From Paraspadella gotoi (taxonomy: Eukaryota; Animalia; Chaetognatha), in the NCBI GenBank assembly GCA_051294375.1, contig CM119266.1, forward strand, positions 20,037,657-20,101,656: 64,000 nucleotides of DNA, read 5' to 3'. The position numbers and the translations under genes were made by a program. The notes under the pieces were generated by a model. That model saw only the letters and a program-made list of their open reading frames with translations, had not been told where the DNA came from and ran no database searches. Positions 1-16,524 of this stretch are shown one piece after another (position 1 is the stretch's first letter; each line of letters starts with the position of its first letter).

Positions 1-1
1 A

Positions 2-187
2 GGCAGGGTAGAGAGCTCATTCCTTTACTTCTTAGATGAAACTAGTGGTAATCAGAGCGTCGCAGATATAAGTTCTCGATTGTTTACATTACTTGTAGAC
101 AAAAAGTTCAGGGATTGCCGTCCAGCCCCGATGAATCACTTTTGCAAGAGACCTCTACCGACGAGAGCCGCAAACTCTTCTCTTTAA
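2..187 (+). CDS. Possible 3' coding end of a gene entering from the left edge
   Basis: Frame 2 is open from the window edge to TAA at 185-187 (GRVESSFLYFLDE...RAANSSL*), followed by AT-rich sequence. No recognisable motif. Confidence 0.3.
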   Translation, partial: GRVESSFLYFLDETSGNQSVADISSRLFTLLVDKKFRDCRPAPMNHFCKRPLPTRAANSSL

Positions 188-1615
188 ATAGAAAACGAAT
201 CCACTTCCCAAAGCAACTTATCCAAAAGCTTCCATATTTATATTTTTTTCTTTTAATTTGTCTTAATGGTACTGAATTTTAAATGCATGATACATATAAA
301 TTTCCAATATAAATCAGACCAGAATAAAAATTTTATTCGCCAGACTAGGTAACTGTTCAAAAACGTTCTAGGCTGATTGAGATCAAAAGATGATTAAAAG
401 TATTTCAGTAAAAAATCTAACAAAATGTTAATTTATATTATCAATACAAATCATGTCAAAAGATTCATTATCATATCTATCTCATGTTCGGCTTTACACA
501 TGTAACAGGACTTCTTACCACAATATTCTATGATTCTAGGGCGATTGACATACTTATTAACAATTTACCAAAAGTCAAGATTTTAATATTGAAATTAAAA
601 AGAACATAGGCACTGGAAAAAGTCACAGTCCTGGGCTAAATGAAATTTAAAAAAAAGTGAATAACGTAAATCTTAATATCCGTCTCAAACACATCGGCTA
701 ACCAACGCTCAATAAAAGGAGTATGTATAAACATGGGGGTCGACAAAAATATGTACACTCAAGAGTGAAGACGCTTGCTTTTGAATTACCGCCGCATTTT
801 ACTTCGTTCAATTAATTACATTAATACTCAATAAATGAAAAGGGCAAAATTTCAGTTTCGCCGATAAGGTTTCTCGAATTGCAACTTTTGAAGAATACTT
901 AAAAAAAACAACTTAAACAGAAAGAAGCGAACCCCTTGAACACCCCTAACCCTAAATCATGAATAGAATACCACATAGAAAGGGAAAAAAATGAAAACAA
1001 AAAATGTAAGAAAACCCAAAGATCTAAAAAATCGCGAAAAAGTCAACAAGGGTCCTTTTAGGAAGGCTTTAAACGGTGAAGCTGATATTTAGCCATAAAA
1101 ATTTCAGGAATTCTTAAATATTTCAGCCAATACAAACGATATTAAGTCACAATCTTAACTATTAAGATGGCAACAAAATAAATAATTTATTTAAAATAAA
1201 ACAAACATTGCTATATATATAGCCACAGAGCCGTGCTTGGACAGTGAAACCGGAATAAGTCTAGACGGAATGCGTAATAAACTGTAAAACAGAAACAATA
1301 CTCAAAAATTTGAATAGCATTATGCAAGTTCAGCAGCGAAATTCAGAAAACGTCTTTATTAATATTTTGTAATTGGTGTAACTGAGACAGTTAAAGCGAC
1401 TGAGACTAAAAGCACTCTTTCGCCTAATAAAAATTAAAATTCACCCTCAACTCCTCGTATCCATTTTCTCTCAATAGAGTCATTTTCCTTTATCGAGATC
1501 TGAAGTAATTGAACGTCCCTAGGAAAGGTGTTAACTACGACACAAAACTTTTTCTACGCGAAAAAGCAAAAGATGATTAAAGAACGCTTCAGAGGATAGT
1601 GTCCGCGAATTGTCC

Positions 1616-6359
<4,744 letters not shown>

Positions 6360-9300
6360 GGAGTCAATCTGAAAATATTTCATTATTTATATTAACAATA
6401 AATTTGGTGTAGTAATAATTTTCAAGAAAACTAAGTCAGAAACCTGTTAATACGTTGGATATTTCCAAATAGTCGAAATGCAATCGAAAACACGTAATTA
6501 TAAATAAGAAGTTTCTGTTTTGATGTTCAAAAACCTAGTTAAAGGTTTCTTAAAGAATTGTTGTGTAATAACGCCCAAGGAAAGGTCCGAGTGAACCGAA
6601 ACACGAATTCGCATCCGTCATTTACGTGGCATCTTGTTTTTAGGATAATTCGTGATCGACTTCAGTGACGAATTTCTGACATGAACGATTTATTGATTAA
6701 AACGTTCACATTTATATAGCGGTGAAACTGTAAAAAGTTAACAACAAATACTAAAGTTTCGTAATTCACGCAATTAAATTAAGTCAATAAAAAGTAGAAA
6801 GATTTCCCACCGCATTAAAGATGAGGAATTCAGACTCGATTTAATCGACATGCATTAATTTTTTTACTAGTTTATATTTTTACTTTGGGCTAAAACGTCA
6901 GCGCGACGAATAAAAACAAAGGAAAGAGAGCTCCGAGTTTGAATCAAGTCATGGCCGAATTCATTCCTTTTTCTCATGAAGAATCGAACGTGGCGGCGAG
7001 AATGATGATGATCGACATGGGCTCCTTCAATTCGGTAGAGCCAAGAATATTTCACTTTTTCGTGTTTCCCCAATAATACATATTATCTTGAATAATAACT
7101 ACGTTAGTTAAATTTTACGAAGGCTATCCTTTTTTTTCTAAATACCATATGCTGGGGAAACAAGTCTTTTAACCATGAGAGATGGCGATGGTGAAATTTG
7201 ACATCGTCTATAATGCAGTCGGTTAAACGTGTAAGTCGCCCAAAATGGATGACATGAGACGGATGAAAGAAAGAGAAATGGAAGCCAAGAAACGAGGTGA
7301 CGATGGTGATCATTGATAAGGATATTAATGATAAACACGGAAGACGGATGTCGTCGAGGGGATGAGGAGCATCTTAATTATAAATGAAAATCAAGAATCA
7401 AATTTTTTAGTACTTATCGAAATCCGTAAGAAAAACGCTAATTTCATGTGACATGCTGTGACGGTGCAAGTGCCCACGATAAAACGGACGAGTTGATAAG
7501 AAAAGTGACGCCAAGGATCACGCCGCGTGGCCCGTAAAGACAAGACAACGTTCAAATACGGAAGAGGGCACAGAGCCAGGAAGCTGTATGAAACAACAAG
7601 AAAGAAGGCAACAAACAGTCAGAATTGTACAGTTGTTATCTCGCATACGAGCCAAGACAACCATCAGCAAATTAATGAAAATATGTATGTGGAAATATGG
7701 GGAAAATTTAACTAGTCTCGTTCATTTTAAATGTATAGGAACGGATCTCGTTTTGGTAAATTATATATAATTAAAAAATTTCTTCGTAAGACAATGAGCG
7801 ATCTCATGATTTCGATCGATTCGTAATGTTTTTAAAAAAATCCACTCGCTTGGAAAGTGGCTCGTATGCGAGGTACGAACTAACACATCGATAGAATAGG
7901 GGATCTGCCTCCTAAACAGCATCGGTAGACTCGGGTGATTGCATGATGGGTCACATTCAGGTAAAATTGCCCATATATAGAAGAAGTTAAAACTGGATGA
8001 AATGGGGAAACAAATATAAGTAAACATAAATGAATTAAACGTCGCCAATGATAATTAGTATGGCTTCATTATTTAAAAACGTTTCTGGAAGCTTTCACTT
8101 GATCCATAATACATGCAAAGTCCTGGAATAACCAGCTCTCAAAGAGGCTGTTAAATTTGCTGCTACAGCCGCGCCCCCGACGTCGCTGGATCCGCGGGGA
8201 CCGCAGCCGAAAGCGAGTCGCTGACGCCGCTGGGGATAGTTTAAGAACCCGGCAATGAGATTTTTGTTCGTTTTATCTCAACAGCATGACAGCATGGACG
8301 TGAGACCGACTCTCTTTTCATGGAGAAACATGGAAAGTAATGTATTCGGTATGAGTAAAAACTATTTTATATATAAACCATATACAAACATTGTATAAAA
8401 CATACATTTTAATATAAAATTGAATAGTTTTGCAAAATCTAGGAGTAAAAGAAATTCAACAAGATTGGGTTTCAATTCATGAAAATAACGAAATTTAGTA
8501 CTGGTACAACTCATCAAAACCTAACATCCGACAACAGTACCTACAAGGGAGACTAGGACTTCAAGTGAAACCTCCTTCGTCCTCAGTTTTAAGTCATGGC
8601 AGCGTTTCGGTCTGTCGCCACTTGGATAAAAAAGTAAAATTTGTTATAAAAAAAAACAAAAAAAAAACAAAACTAGATATCTTGTATTTGGGGAAATACA
8701 GAGAAAAAGAAGGAATTTAATTTAAGTGCATGTCCATTGAGAAACGGGCGAAGAGGAGGATTCGTCGAAACGAAATGGAAGAAAATTTCATTATGAAAAA
8801 AAGTGGTTGCCGTAATGAAAGAAAAGTTCAGGCGTTAAATGGATTTAGTAGAGGCACGACTATGGTACAGCCCGAGTCTGTTTTTTAATAGTTAATGTTT
8901 TCCTCTCCTACCCTTTCCTTTAACACCAATACATACAGAGTAATGACGAATAATTCCGAGTGATGTACATGATTTTGAAACGCGGTAGCAACGACCTCCT
9001 CCTCCGCCGCCGCCTTCCTGGTTTCCTGCTGCGCGGCGTCCCTGTCCCTTCTTGGCGCGTCCTTTTCTCTCTACCTCTGCGCGAGCCGACATAGCGCCAG
9101 AGTCAAAGAGGCGTGACAAGAGAAAAGTGACGACCATCGTCGAAACCAATGTAACCATTTTAAATAATACTAATAATAATGGAATTCGTAATGAATTTCC
9201 AGAGCGCGAAAAAGGCATACAACACTATAAAATAGGATGGAATCATTAACTTATCATAGATTACCATAGTATGGGTCAATAAGGCGGGCCAAAATTGAAC

Positions 9301-10108
9301 ACTTTTTATAACTTCTAATTTTCTAAAAAAATTTTTTTTCCTTCTATTATTAAATCGATTTTCAATGCAACTTTTTGAATTAGTTCATTGGGTTGTTACA
9401 CTGAACTGAACTGAACCTTTTTTAAACATTTATAATTATATATCACAAATGACAAAATTTTTTAAGAACGGATTCCTATAAAGCTTGAAAAGTTAAATGA
9501 AAGTTAATACTACAATTTTTTAAAATTTTGACAAGAAATTGGTTAAAAACATAAAAAACGTTAAAAAATCATGATCATCATTATCATTGGCTGAATTTTA
9601 TGGTTTTTTAAAATTTTTGTCAATAAAACATAAAAATTTTAAAAATTTGTATTAATAACTTTAAAAGCTCTATCACAATCTATTAAAAAAATTTAAAAAT
9701 TCAAAAAAATATTTTGAACTTTAAATAATAGTAATAAAATAATCTTTAAATGCTTCCGTGCGCTTATTAATAAGATAATTTTTTAAAATTATTTTTATTT
9801 TCATATTCTCTCACAGTCACTTTACCATTATTTATTTGAGAGAACTTCTAGTTTTCAACCTGTTCCGGCCTAATGGGTCGAGAAAGCCTATTTTTTATAT
9901 GGCCATTTTGGGTAAATTTACTATTTGACGTCCGCAACCAACCTTAGCTACCACCACAGCTTAAAATTTAGGTAAACTAATATAAAATATGTTTTTGTGG
10001 AAAAGTAAACGTCTATGCAACTGTTCAAAACAAAAATAATTAAAATTTTTTTTAATTAGAGAATTGACAAAGTTTTTGTTTGCAACGAATTTTATTTATA
10101 GTTGAACA

Positions 10109-10144
10109 GACATGTTTCGACTTGTTTTACAAGTCTTCATCAGC
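10109..10144 (-). ncRNA. Minimal type I hammerhead ribozyme motif (Penelope-like)
   Basis: Minus strand: G CTGATGA A GACTTGT AAA ACAAGTC GAAA CATGTC; palindromic ACATGT in stem III. Confidence 0.8.
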
Positions 10145-12489
10145 GTTTTTTTTTTTTAAATTTTGGCCAATTTTAACCGCTATGGGTGACCCCTCCGGGG
10201 ACCCATATCTCCCCTCAGGGATCAAATATTGAAATTCGCCTCAATAGTTCTATTTGTATTCACTTAGAGATTTTTCATTCCAAATTTCAATAAATTTGGT
10301 CCAGTTTTTTTTTGTTCTGGTCACAAAAAAATCTTTTAAGCACAAGTAGAGCCAAACTTCGTCAATGGGGTGGGTCATAAGTTTGATTTGGAACCTTTCT
10401 AAATGAAACTTCATACATTTCTGAGAAAACTTTCAATGGAGCAAAATTTTCTAAAATGACAAGAAGCATTAGTAATTATTTTTTAAATATTTATTTATAG
10501 ATAGGAAATGTCAAAAATTTTTGTTGGAATTTTTATTTTTAAAAGCAGATTCAAATAGCTTATGAAAAGTTATCTACGCAAAATATAATTCTTTTTTCAA
10601 TATTTTGATGATAAGTGGGTTAAAATTGAGAAAAACCTTAAAAAATCATCATCATCATCATCCGATGATTTTAGCAGTTTTTACTAATTTTTAATAATAA
10701 AACATCAAAATCTTAAAAATTTGTAATTTATATTTTTGCTTAACTTTTTAAGCTCTATCAGAATCAATTAAAAAAACTTAAAATATCCAAAAAAAATTTT
10801 TGACATTATATAGCAATATAATAATATTAATTAGCAAATTAATCATGGTTCGGAACATTTTTGCAAAAAAAATATTTTAACACAATAATTAATACCAATA
10901 ATGGATTAGTTTATGCTGTTCCCATTAAAATTTGAATTTGGTCGGCTACTGCTAGCATAAGGATTGTCGCAATCGCATAAGAAAAATCTGGATTGACGAC
11001 AAATTTTGAATAATAAAAAAAAAAAATTTGAGAAAAGAAAATTAATTTATAAACAAAGAAAAATTATATTTTGCAATTGTCAATTAAAAGTTACAGTTTC
11101 TGAAAAAAAAAAGAAAAGTTTTTTTTGTCATTGTCAATTATCATTATCAATTGTCATTGTCAAAAAATAAACTAATCAGCCCCTGAGAAAAAAACAAAAA
11201 CAGACGATTTCTCAAAAACTATTGCATCCCACTAAGAGTTATAAAGTCGGGCCGGAAACCTAAAAAGGATAATTTTTTTTTTCAGCATTAAAAAAAATTT
11301 TTAATCATTTTCATTAAAAAAAAAAGAGAGAGAAAGAGAGAGAGAGAGCCAAATCGTTTTCGGACGAATCAGTAGCGGCAGCATTACCCAGAAAAAAAGA
11401 AAGAAATCAAAAGGCAGAAGCAGCAGGAGAAAAGAGAAAAAAAGAATAAGCCCCTGCAGAGCCAGCTGCAGACTCGTTTTTTTCCCCCATGAATCAGTGA
11501 CTAGAGAAAAGAGAGAGGGAGAGAGACAGGTAATTAAAATAGAAAAGAGAGAAAGAGAAAGAAATATAAAAATAAAAGAGAGAAAATTTGTTTGTTTTGA
11601 TAAAACGTAAACAAAATATATTTAATAACTGTCCAGACTCAATTATAAGCACATCGATGATGAGAAGCTGTATAGAAATTTTCAGCTTCATATACCCAAA
11701 TTTAATCATAAAAAAGGTGATTTATAATTTGGAACGCCGATGACAACGACGACGACGCCACTTATGAGCAAAAGCGTTACAATATCGTCGCAAACGCTAA
11801 AAAATGCTACCTCATTTTATAATATGAAGCCTTCTGTATTTAATCAATATTTACTATCACTTTTTTTAACAATTGAAGCACAGTATAACATTAAAACATT
11901 TAAATATTTATCAATGCATAAGCAAAGAAATTATTTTTTTATAAAAATTTTATTTATTAAGAACGGACTCAGATTAGTCATAAAAATTTGTCTACACAAT
12001 GTATAATTTGTTTTTCAATATTTCGATGATAAGTGGGTCAATAGTTTTTGCTAATTTTAACCAAAAATTTGGAAATCTTTTGGTTATGTTTTTTTTTTCA
12101 AGTTCTACCCGAATCCGCTTTTAAAAATTATAATTAAAAAAAATAAATCATAAAATACAATAAACTTTAAATTCTATATGTTATTAACTATATATTTCAT
12201 AAAATGTTTAATTTTTTAAAATTTCATTATCCCACAGGGATGCTCTAACGTTATTTATATTACAGAACTCGTAGTTTTTACTTTGTTCCGCCTTAGTAGT
12301 TAGGGTTTAAGGGTAGTTCGGGGAGTTTTTGAAATGAAATTTGTAATAAAAAGTTTTTCTACTCTTACCAGTATTCTTTTTTTTCATTTTTGCCTAACGA
12401 GATTTCTATGCGTCGCTCATAAAAAGCGAAAAAAAATAACCGACCGCAAAATCCTGGTCGGCGAATGCAAAAATAAGTGAAAGTGTTTC

Positions 12490-12605
12490 CACGTCAGTGG
12501 CATGGATCGCCACTGAGGGTCCGAAGCCACCAACGCCTACGGGGGATAATGGTGAGATGCCCTAACAAGCTGGGCATCACAGGCAGCTCAAAAGTTGCTA
12601 TAGTA
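12490..12605. repeat. Family C structured repeat, partial copy
   Basis: Shares GAGGGTCCGAAGCC, GAGATGCCC..GGGCATCACAGGCA and the GTTGCTATAGTA end with 3550-3638 and the reverse complement of 53850-53925. Confidence 0.65.
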
Positions 12606-12944
12606 TTTAAACTGTGTAGAAGACAACACTAATATCCCTCTACGCAAGAGAATAAGTATCACTATAATTTAAATTTAATAAATATATAAAATAGATTTGA
12701 ATTTAATTTTTTTTAAATTTAGTATTATTTAGTAAAACGAGTAATCTTTTAATTTCCATATTTCTCTTATTTTCGTCTTCTACATTAATAAAATCAAAAA
12801 TTTTAAAAATGAACTATAAAAATTTTAGATTTGAATTGCTTAAAGAAAAAAATTTCGTCATTAAGTATATAAGAAAAAAGTTTATTTTATATTTTATTGG
12901 ATTATAATTATGAAGCCTTAAGAAATATTTTTTTAAAAAGAATT

Positions 12945-13069
12945 TATGGTGGACTAAAATCCATTAACCGTTCTAGCCCGGTGGTCGCCTAGCAGTTAGG
13001 ATATTCAGGGACTGCTTATATTGAACGGTTCTGTCACTAACACATTTTACTTTTGTATTTGTCTCTTCA
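12945..13069 (+). mobile_element. Internally deleted solo LTR of the twister-TRIM family (family A)
   Basis: Starts TATGGTGGACTAAAATCC and ends GTCTCTTCA like the LTR at 49655-49888; most of the tRNA-like head and the ribozyme core are deleted. Confidence 0.8.
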
Positions 13070-13159
13070 CATTTTACTTTTAACATCAACTTTAATCCAA
13101 AGCTGAAATTTTTTTTTTCATAATTAATTTTTAATTTTCACTTTTTTATGGTTAATATG

Positions 13160-13335
13160 GTTAACTGCTAGGTGGACCTTTGGGTTGGAAGTCGAATGCC
13201 GTGCCTCCTGTATGCTGATGAATGGTTGGTGAATTTTACAACCAATATAAAATCCTCCATTCATTTAATAAACTATCTTGCCCCTGACTTTGGACATGCT
13301 ATGGTGGTTTCCGACCTCAATCACTCTTACATGAT
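13160..13335 (-). mobile_element. Chimeric degenerate copy: family B twister unit joined to a family A LTR fragment
   Basis: Minus strand reads GTAAGAGTGATTGAGGTC..CATGTCCAAAGTCAGGGGCAAGATAG..ATATTGGTTGT (family B), then directly AAAATTCACCAACCATTCATCAGC..CCAACCCAAAGGTCC..TAGCAGTTAA (family A). Confidence 0.7.
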
Positions 13336-14066
13336 TTAATTTTTATTTATTTAATTTTACTATATAATGTTTTTACTATATTAATATATATATATACTTT
13401 TTTTTTTAAATATACTGTATATTGATATTCTACTTTTTTTTCTGGGAAGAGAATGTTAATGTTGTCTTCTGGAAATAGAGGGAGCATGTATACAACACAA
13501 GGTCAAAATACTAAATTAGTCTATTGAGGACGAGCGGCCTATTTCTCCATTTGGCAGTCATATTAATTGTTTCTTTGGTCGTGGCCAAAGAGAACTGATT
13601 TAACCCACGAGCATGTCACATTGTTCCATAGCTTTTTGTTGGTTTAACATAATTCTTATGCTGCGCCTCGTATTTAGGGCCCTATTAACACTAAACGGTA
13701 AAAAACAATAAAAGGCTTCAACCATCTCGGAAAATGAATGAGTTGCCAAAATTTATACTCCTTTAATCTAAATATCAAAAATAAAAATACTTAAGGGAGT
13801 AGGCTTTTTAAACAATTGAAACATTTTTTGAAATATTATGCAACTTTATTGATAGGGAAGGCAGGAACTCTGGTAATAAATAAACTTCATTAGACTTTAA
13901 AATTCTATATTAAAATTTAAAAAATAAATGTAAAAATTTAACAAATTTGACTATATATTAGATTTAATCATATTCTTTATATAAAGTATATTCTTTTATA
14001 ATGTAATGGGGAGAGGGATGATAGTGTTATCTTCTGGAAATAGAGGGAGCATCTATACAACATCTA

Positions 14067-15866
14067 CATAAGGCTTCATATTATAAAATGTGGTACCCCT
14101 TTTTTGTGACCAGAACTCGTTCCGAGAAAACTACTGGATCAAATTTATTGAAATTTGGAATGAACGATCCCTATGTGAATACTAATAAAACTATCGAGGC
14201 GAATTTCAATATTTGACTGCTGAGCCGAGATATGGGCCCCCCGGGGGGTCACCCATGGGGGCAAAAAATGGTCAAAAATTTTTTGCGAATTTGTTTATTA
14301 TTTTTGTTTTGAACAGTTTCACAGACGCTTACTCTTCCACAAAAATGTATTTATTACCTCAAAAATATTCATCTACCTTAATTTTTAGCTTCATGAACAT
14401 CAGCAGTTAAAGTCAAATTTGGAATAATTTGGGAAAATTTGATGAAAAAACTATGAACCATGCATCTTCAATAGGGCGTTGAAAAATAACGAAATATAAC
14501 AAATCAAGTAAGGTACATAGCTATTTTAATGTAATAAAGTCTGTAGAATTCGATGATGATAACCATTTTTTTGTATAGTCTCATCTTCTTTGTCGGAAAT
14601 GGCGATTTTTGCAGCAAATAACGTGCTATTAAAATGTAGCAAACATTGTAGAGTATAAGAAACTCAAATTATTAAGATTTTATAAAAGCCATATTTAACT
14701 TACATAATATGAAAATAAAGACCCATATAAATATTTTGGTAAGTTTGTTTACAAATTTTATATTTTATTAATAGTTTGTTAACTATATTTATTAATAAAT
14801 AATAATTAAAAATAAGCTAAAGTGAAAAATTTAAAATTTTAAAATTTTAAAATCGGATTTGAATTCCTAACAAAAAGTTGATATAAGAAAGTATAATCCA
14901 TTTTAAAAAATTCTTTCATTAAGTAGGTTAAAAATATTAAAAACTATTATTTTTGTTTAATTTTTTAATTTTTGACTTTAGAGAAAAACAAAGTTTTTAA
15001 TTGTGGTACAACGAATTTAATTGGAGATACGGACATGTTTCGGCTCACATTTCGAGCCTTCATCAGCAATAAAATTATAGTTTTTATGAATTTTTACCAA
15101 CTTAATGACATAATTTAGATATAAAAATTATATTTTCTTATATCAACTTTTTGCAAAGAATCCATGAAAAAAATTTTGAAATTATTATTTTTTAACTTTA
15201 GCCCAATTTTTACTTATAATTATTAATAAATATAGTTAACTAACTTTTTATAAAACATAAAATTTAGAAATAAACTTACCAAAATATTTTTATAAGTCTT
15301 TATTTTTATATTTCAAAAGCTCATATAAATTTTATAAAATTTTAATAATTTGATTTATCATAACTTATCATGGTTTTGCTATTTTATAACAACTTTATAT
15401 ACATTAAAAACCCTCATTTCCGACAAGAAAGATAAAATTGGTCATCACCATCGAATTCTACAGACTACATTACACTAAAATAGCTATGTACCTCACTTGA
15501 TTTGTTATATTTTGTTATTTTTCAACGCTCTAATCTTCAACCATGCTTAATTATTGCAAATTTATCAATTTTAGTTCTAAAAAGTTTTTTTCATATGTTT
15601 AAAACGTCAATGCACCTGATGCTACTAAACAATTTTGAAAAATGAAAACAAAAATTTTTAGCATTTTTTGGCCCCCCAGGGGTCCACCCCCAGGGCCCTG
15701 TATCTCTTGTCAGGGGTTGAATATCAAAATTCACCTCGATAGTTCCATTTATATAGTCATTATCACTCTAAATGTAAAATTTCATTAAATTCGATCGGGT
15801 AGTTTGGTGGGAACAGATTCTGGTCACAAAAAAGGGGTACCACATTTTATAATATGAAGCCTTCTG
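14067..15866. mobile_element. Non-autonomous TIR DNA transposon (Tc1/mariner/pogo-like, TA target duplication), 1.8 kb
   Basis: TIRs TA|CA(T/G)AAGGCTTCATATTATAAAATGTGGTACCCCTTTTTTGTGACCAGAA at both ends; long imperfect subterminal inverted arms; no transposase ORF. The same right end recurs at about 11813-11838 and 57456-57480. Confidence 0.88.
15031..15067 (-). ncRNA. Minimal type I hammerhead ribozyme motif (Penelope-like)
   Basis: Minus strand: G CTGATGA A GGCTC GAAATGT GAGCC GAAA CATGTC C. Confidence 0.8.
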
Positions 15867-16027
15867 TATACAACACAAAGTTAATAGTTAATAGTTACTT
15901 TCTGCGCTAGTTTTCTAATTATATATTAGACATCATTCTTATTAAGAAGTCATTTATTGAAAATCTCAAAATATCTAAAAGCCTGAAGAGAAAGGGGTGG
16001 AGAGGATAATTTGTTACAGAATTAAGT

Positions 16028-16150
16028 ATATTAGGACATGTTTCGACTTTATTGGTTCGAGTCTTCATCAGCTCTTTCTCTCTAACTCAATGTGTAGAGC
16101 ATTTTTGCTAATGTTTATCAAAGCTGATAGGGTCGAAACATGTCCTAATA
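16028..16150. ncRNA. Outward-facing inverted pair of minimal hammerheads (16034-16072 minus, intact; 16123-16145 plus, degenerate)
   Basis: TATTAGGACATGTTTCGAC (16028-16046) and GTCGAAACATGTCCTAATA (16132-16150) are a perfect 19-bp inverted repeat; the minus copy keeps the CTGATGA..GAAA core. Confidence 0.75.
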
Positions 16151-16295
16151 ATAATAAAATTGTTGTATTGGCAAAAATATTAAACCCTTCCCAATATCCA
16201 CTCAGCAACGAAAAGAGAAAATAATAGAATTAAGTATGTAATTATTAATTATTTAATAATAAGTAATAATAATAAGTAATAATTAATTATGTAAT

Positions 16296-16370
16296 TATCT
16301 TGTAAGAGTGACGGATGCCTTAAATCACTGTAGCCTGTCCAAGTCAAGGGCAAGAAAGCTTATTTATTAT
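16296..16370 (+). repeat. Family B twister-like repeat, slightly degenerate copy
   Basis: ATCTTGTAAGA GT GA CGGA TGCCT TAA AT C AC TGTAG CCTG TCC-AAGT CAAG GGCAAGA aligns with 34120-34180. Confidence 0.7.
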
Positions 16371-16524
16371 TATTTTCCTAAATCGAATAAGCTATTATTT
16401 AATAAAATAACTAAACTCAGAGGTGTGGGGAGCAAATCAAACAAAGCATTTAAAGTAAAATCTGGACATCTCAATTTTATTAACTTTTTTGAAAAAATAT
16501 TTTTTTAAATATATTATCATAGAA

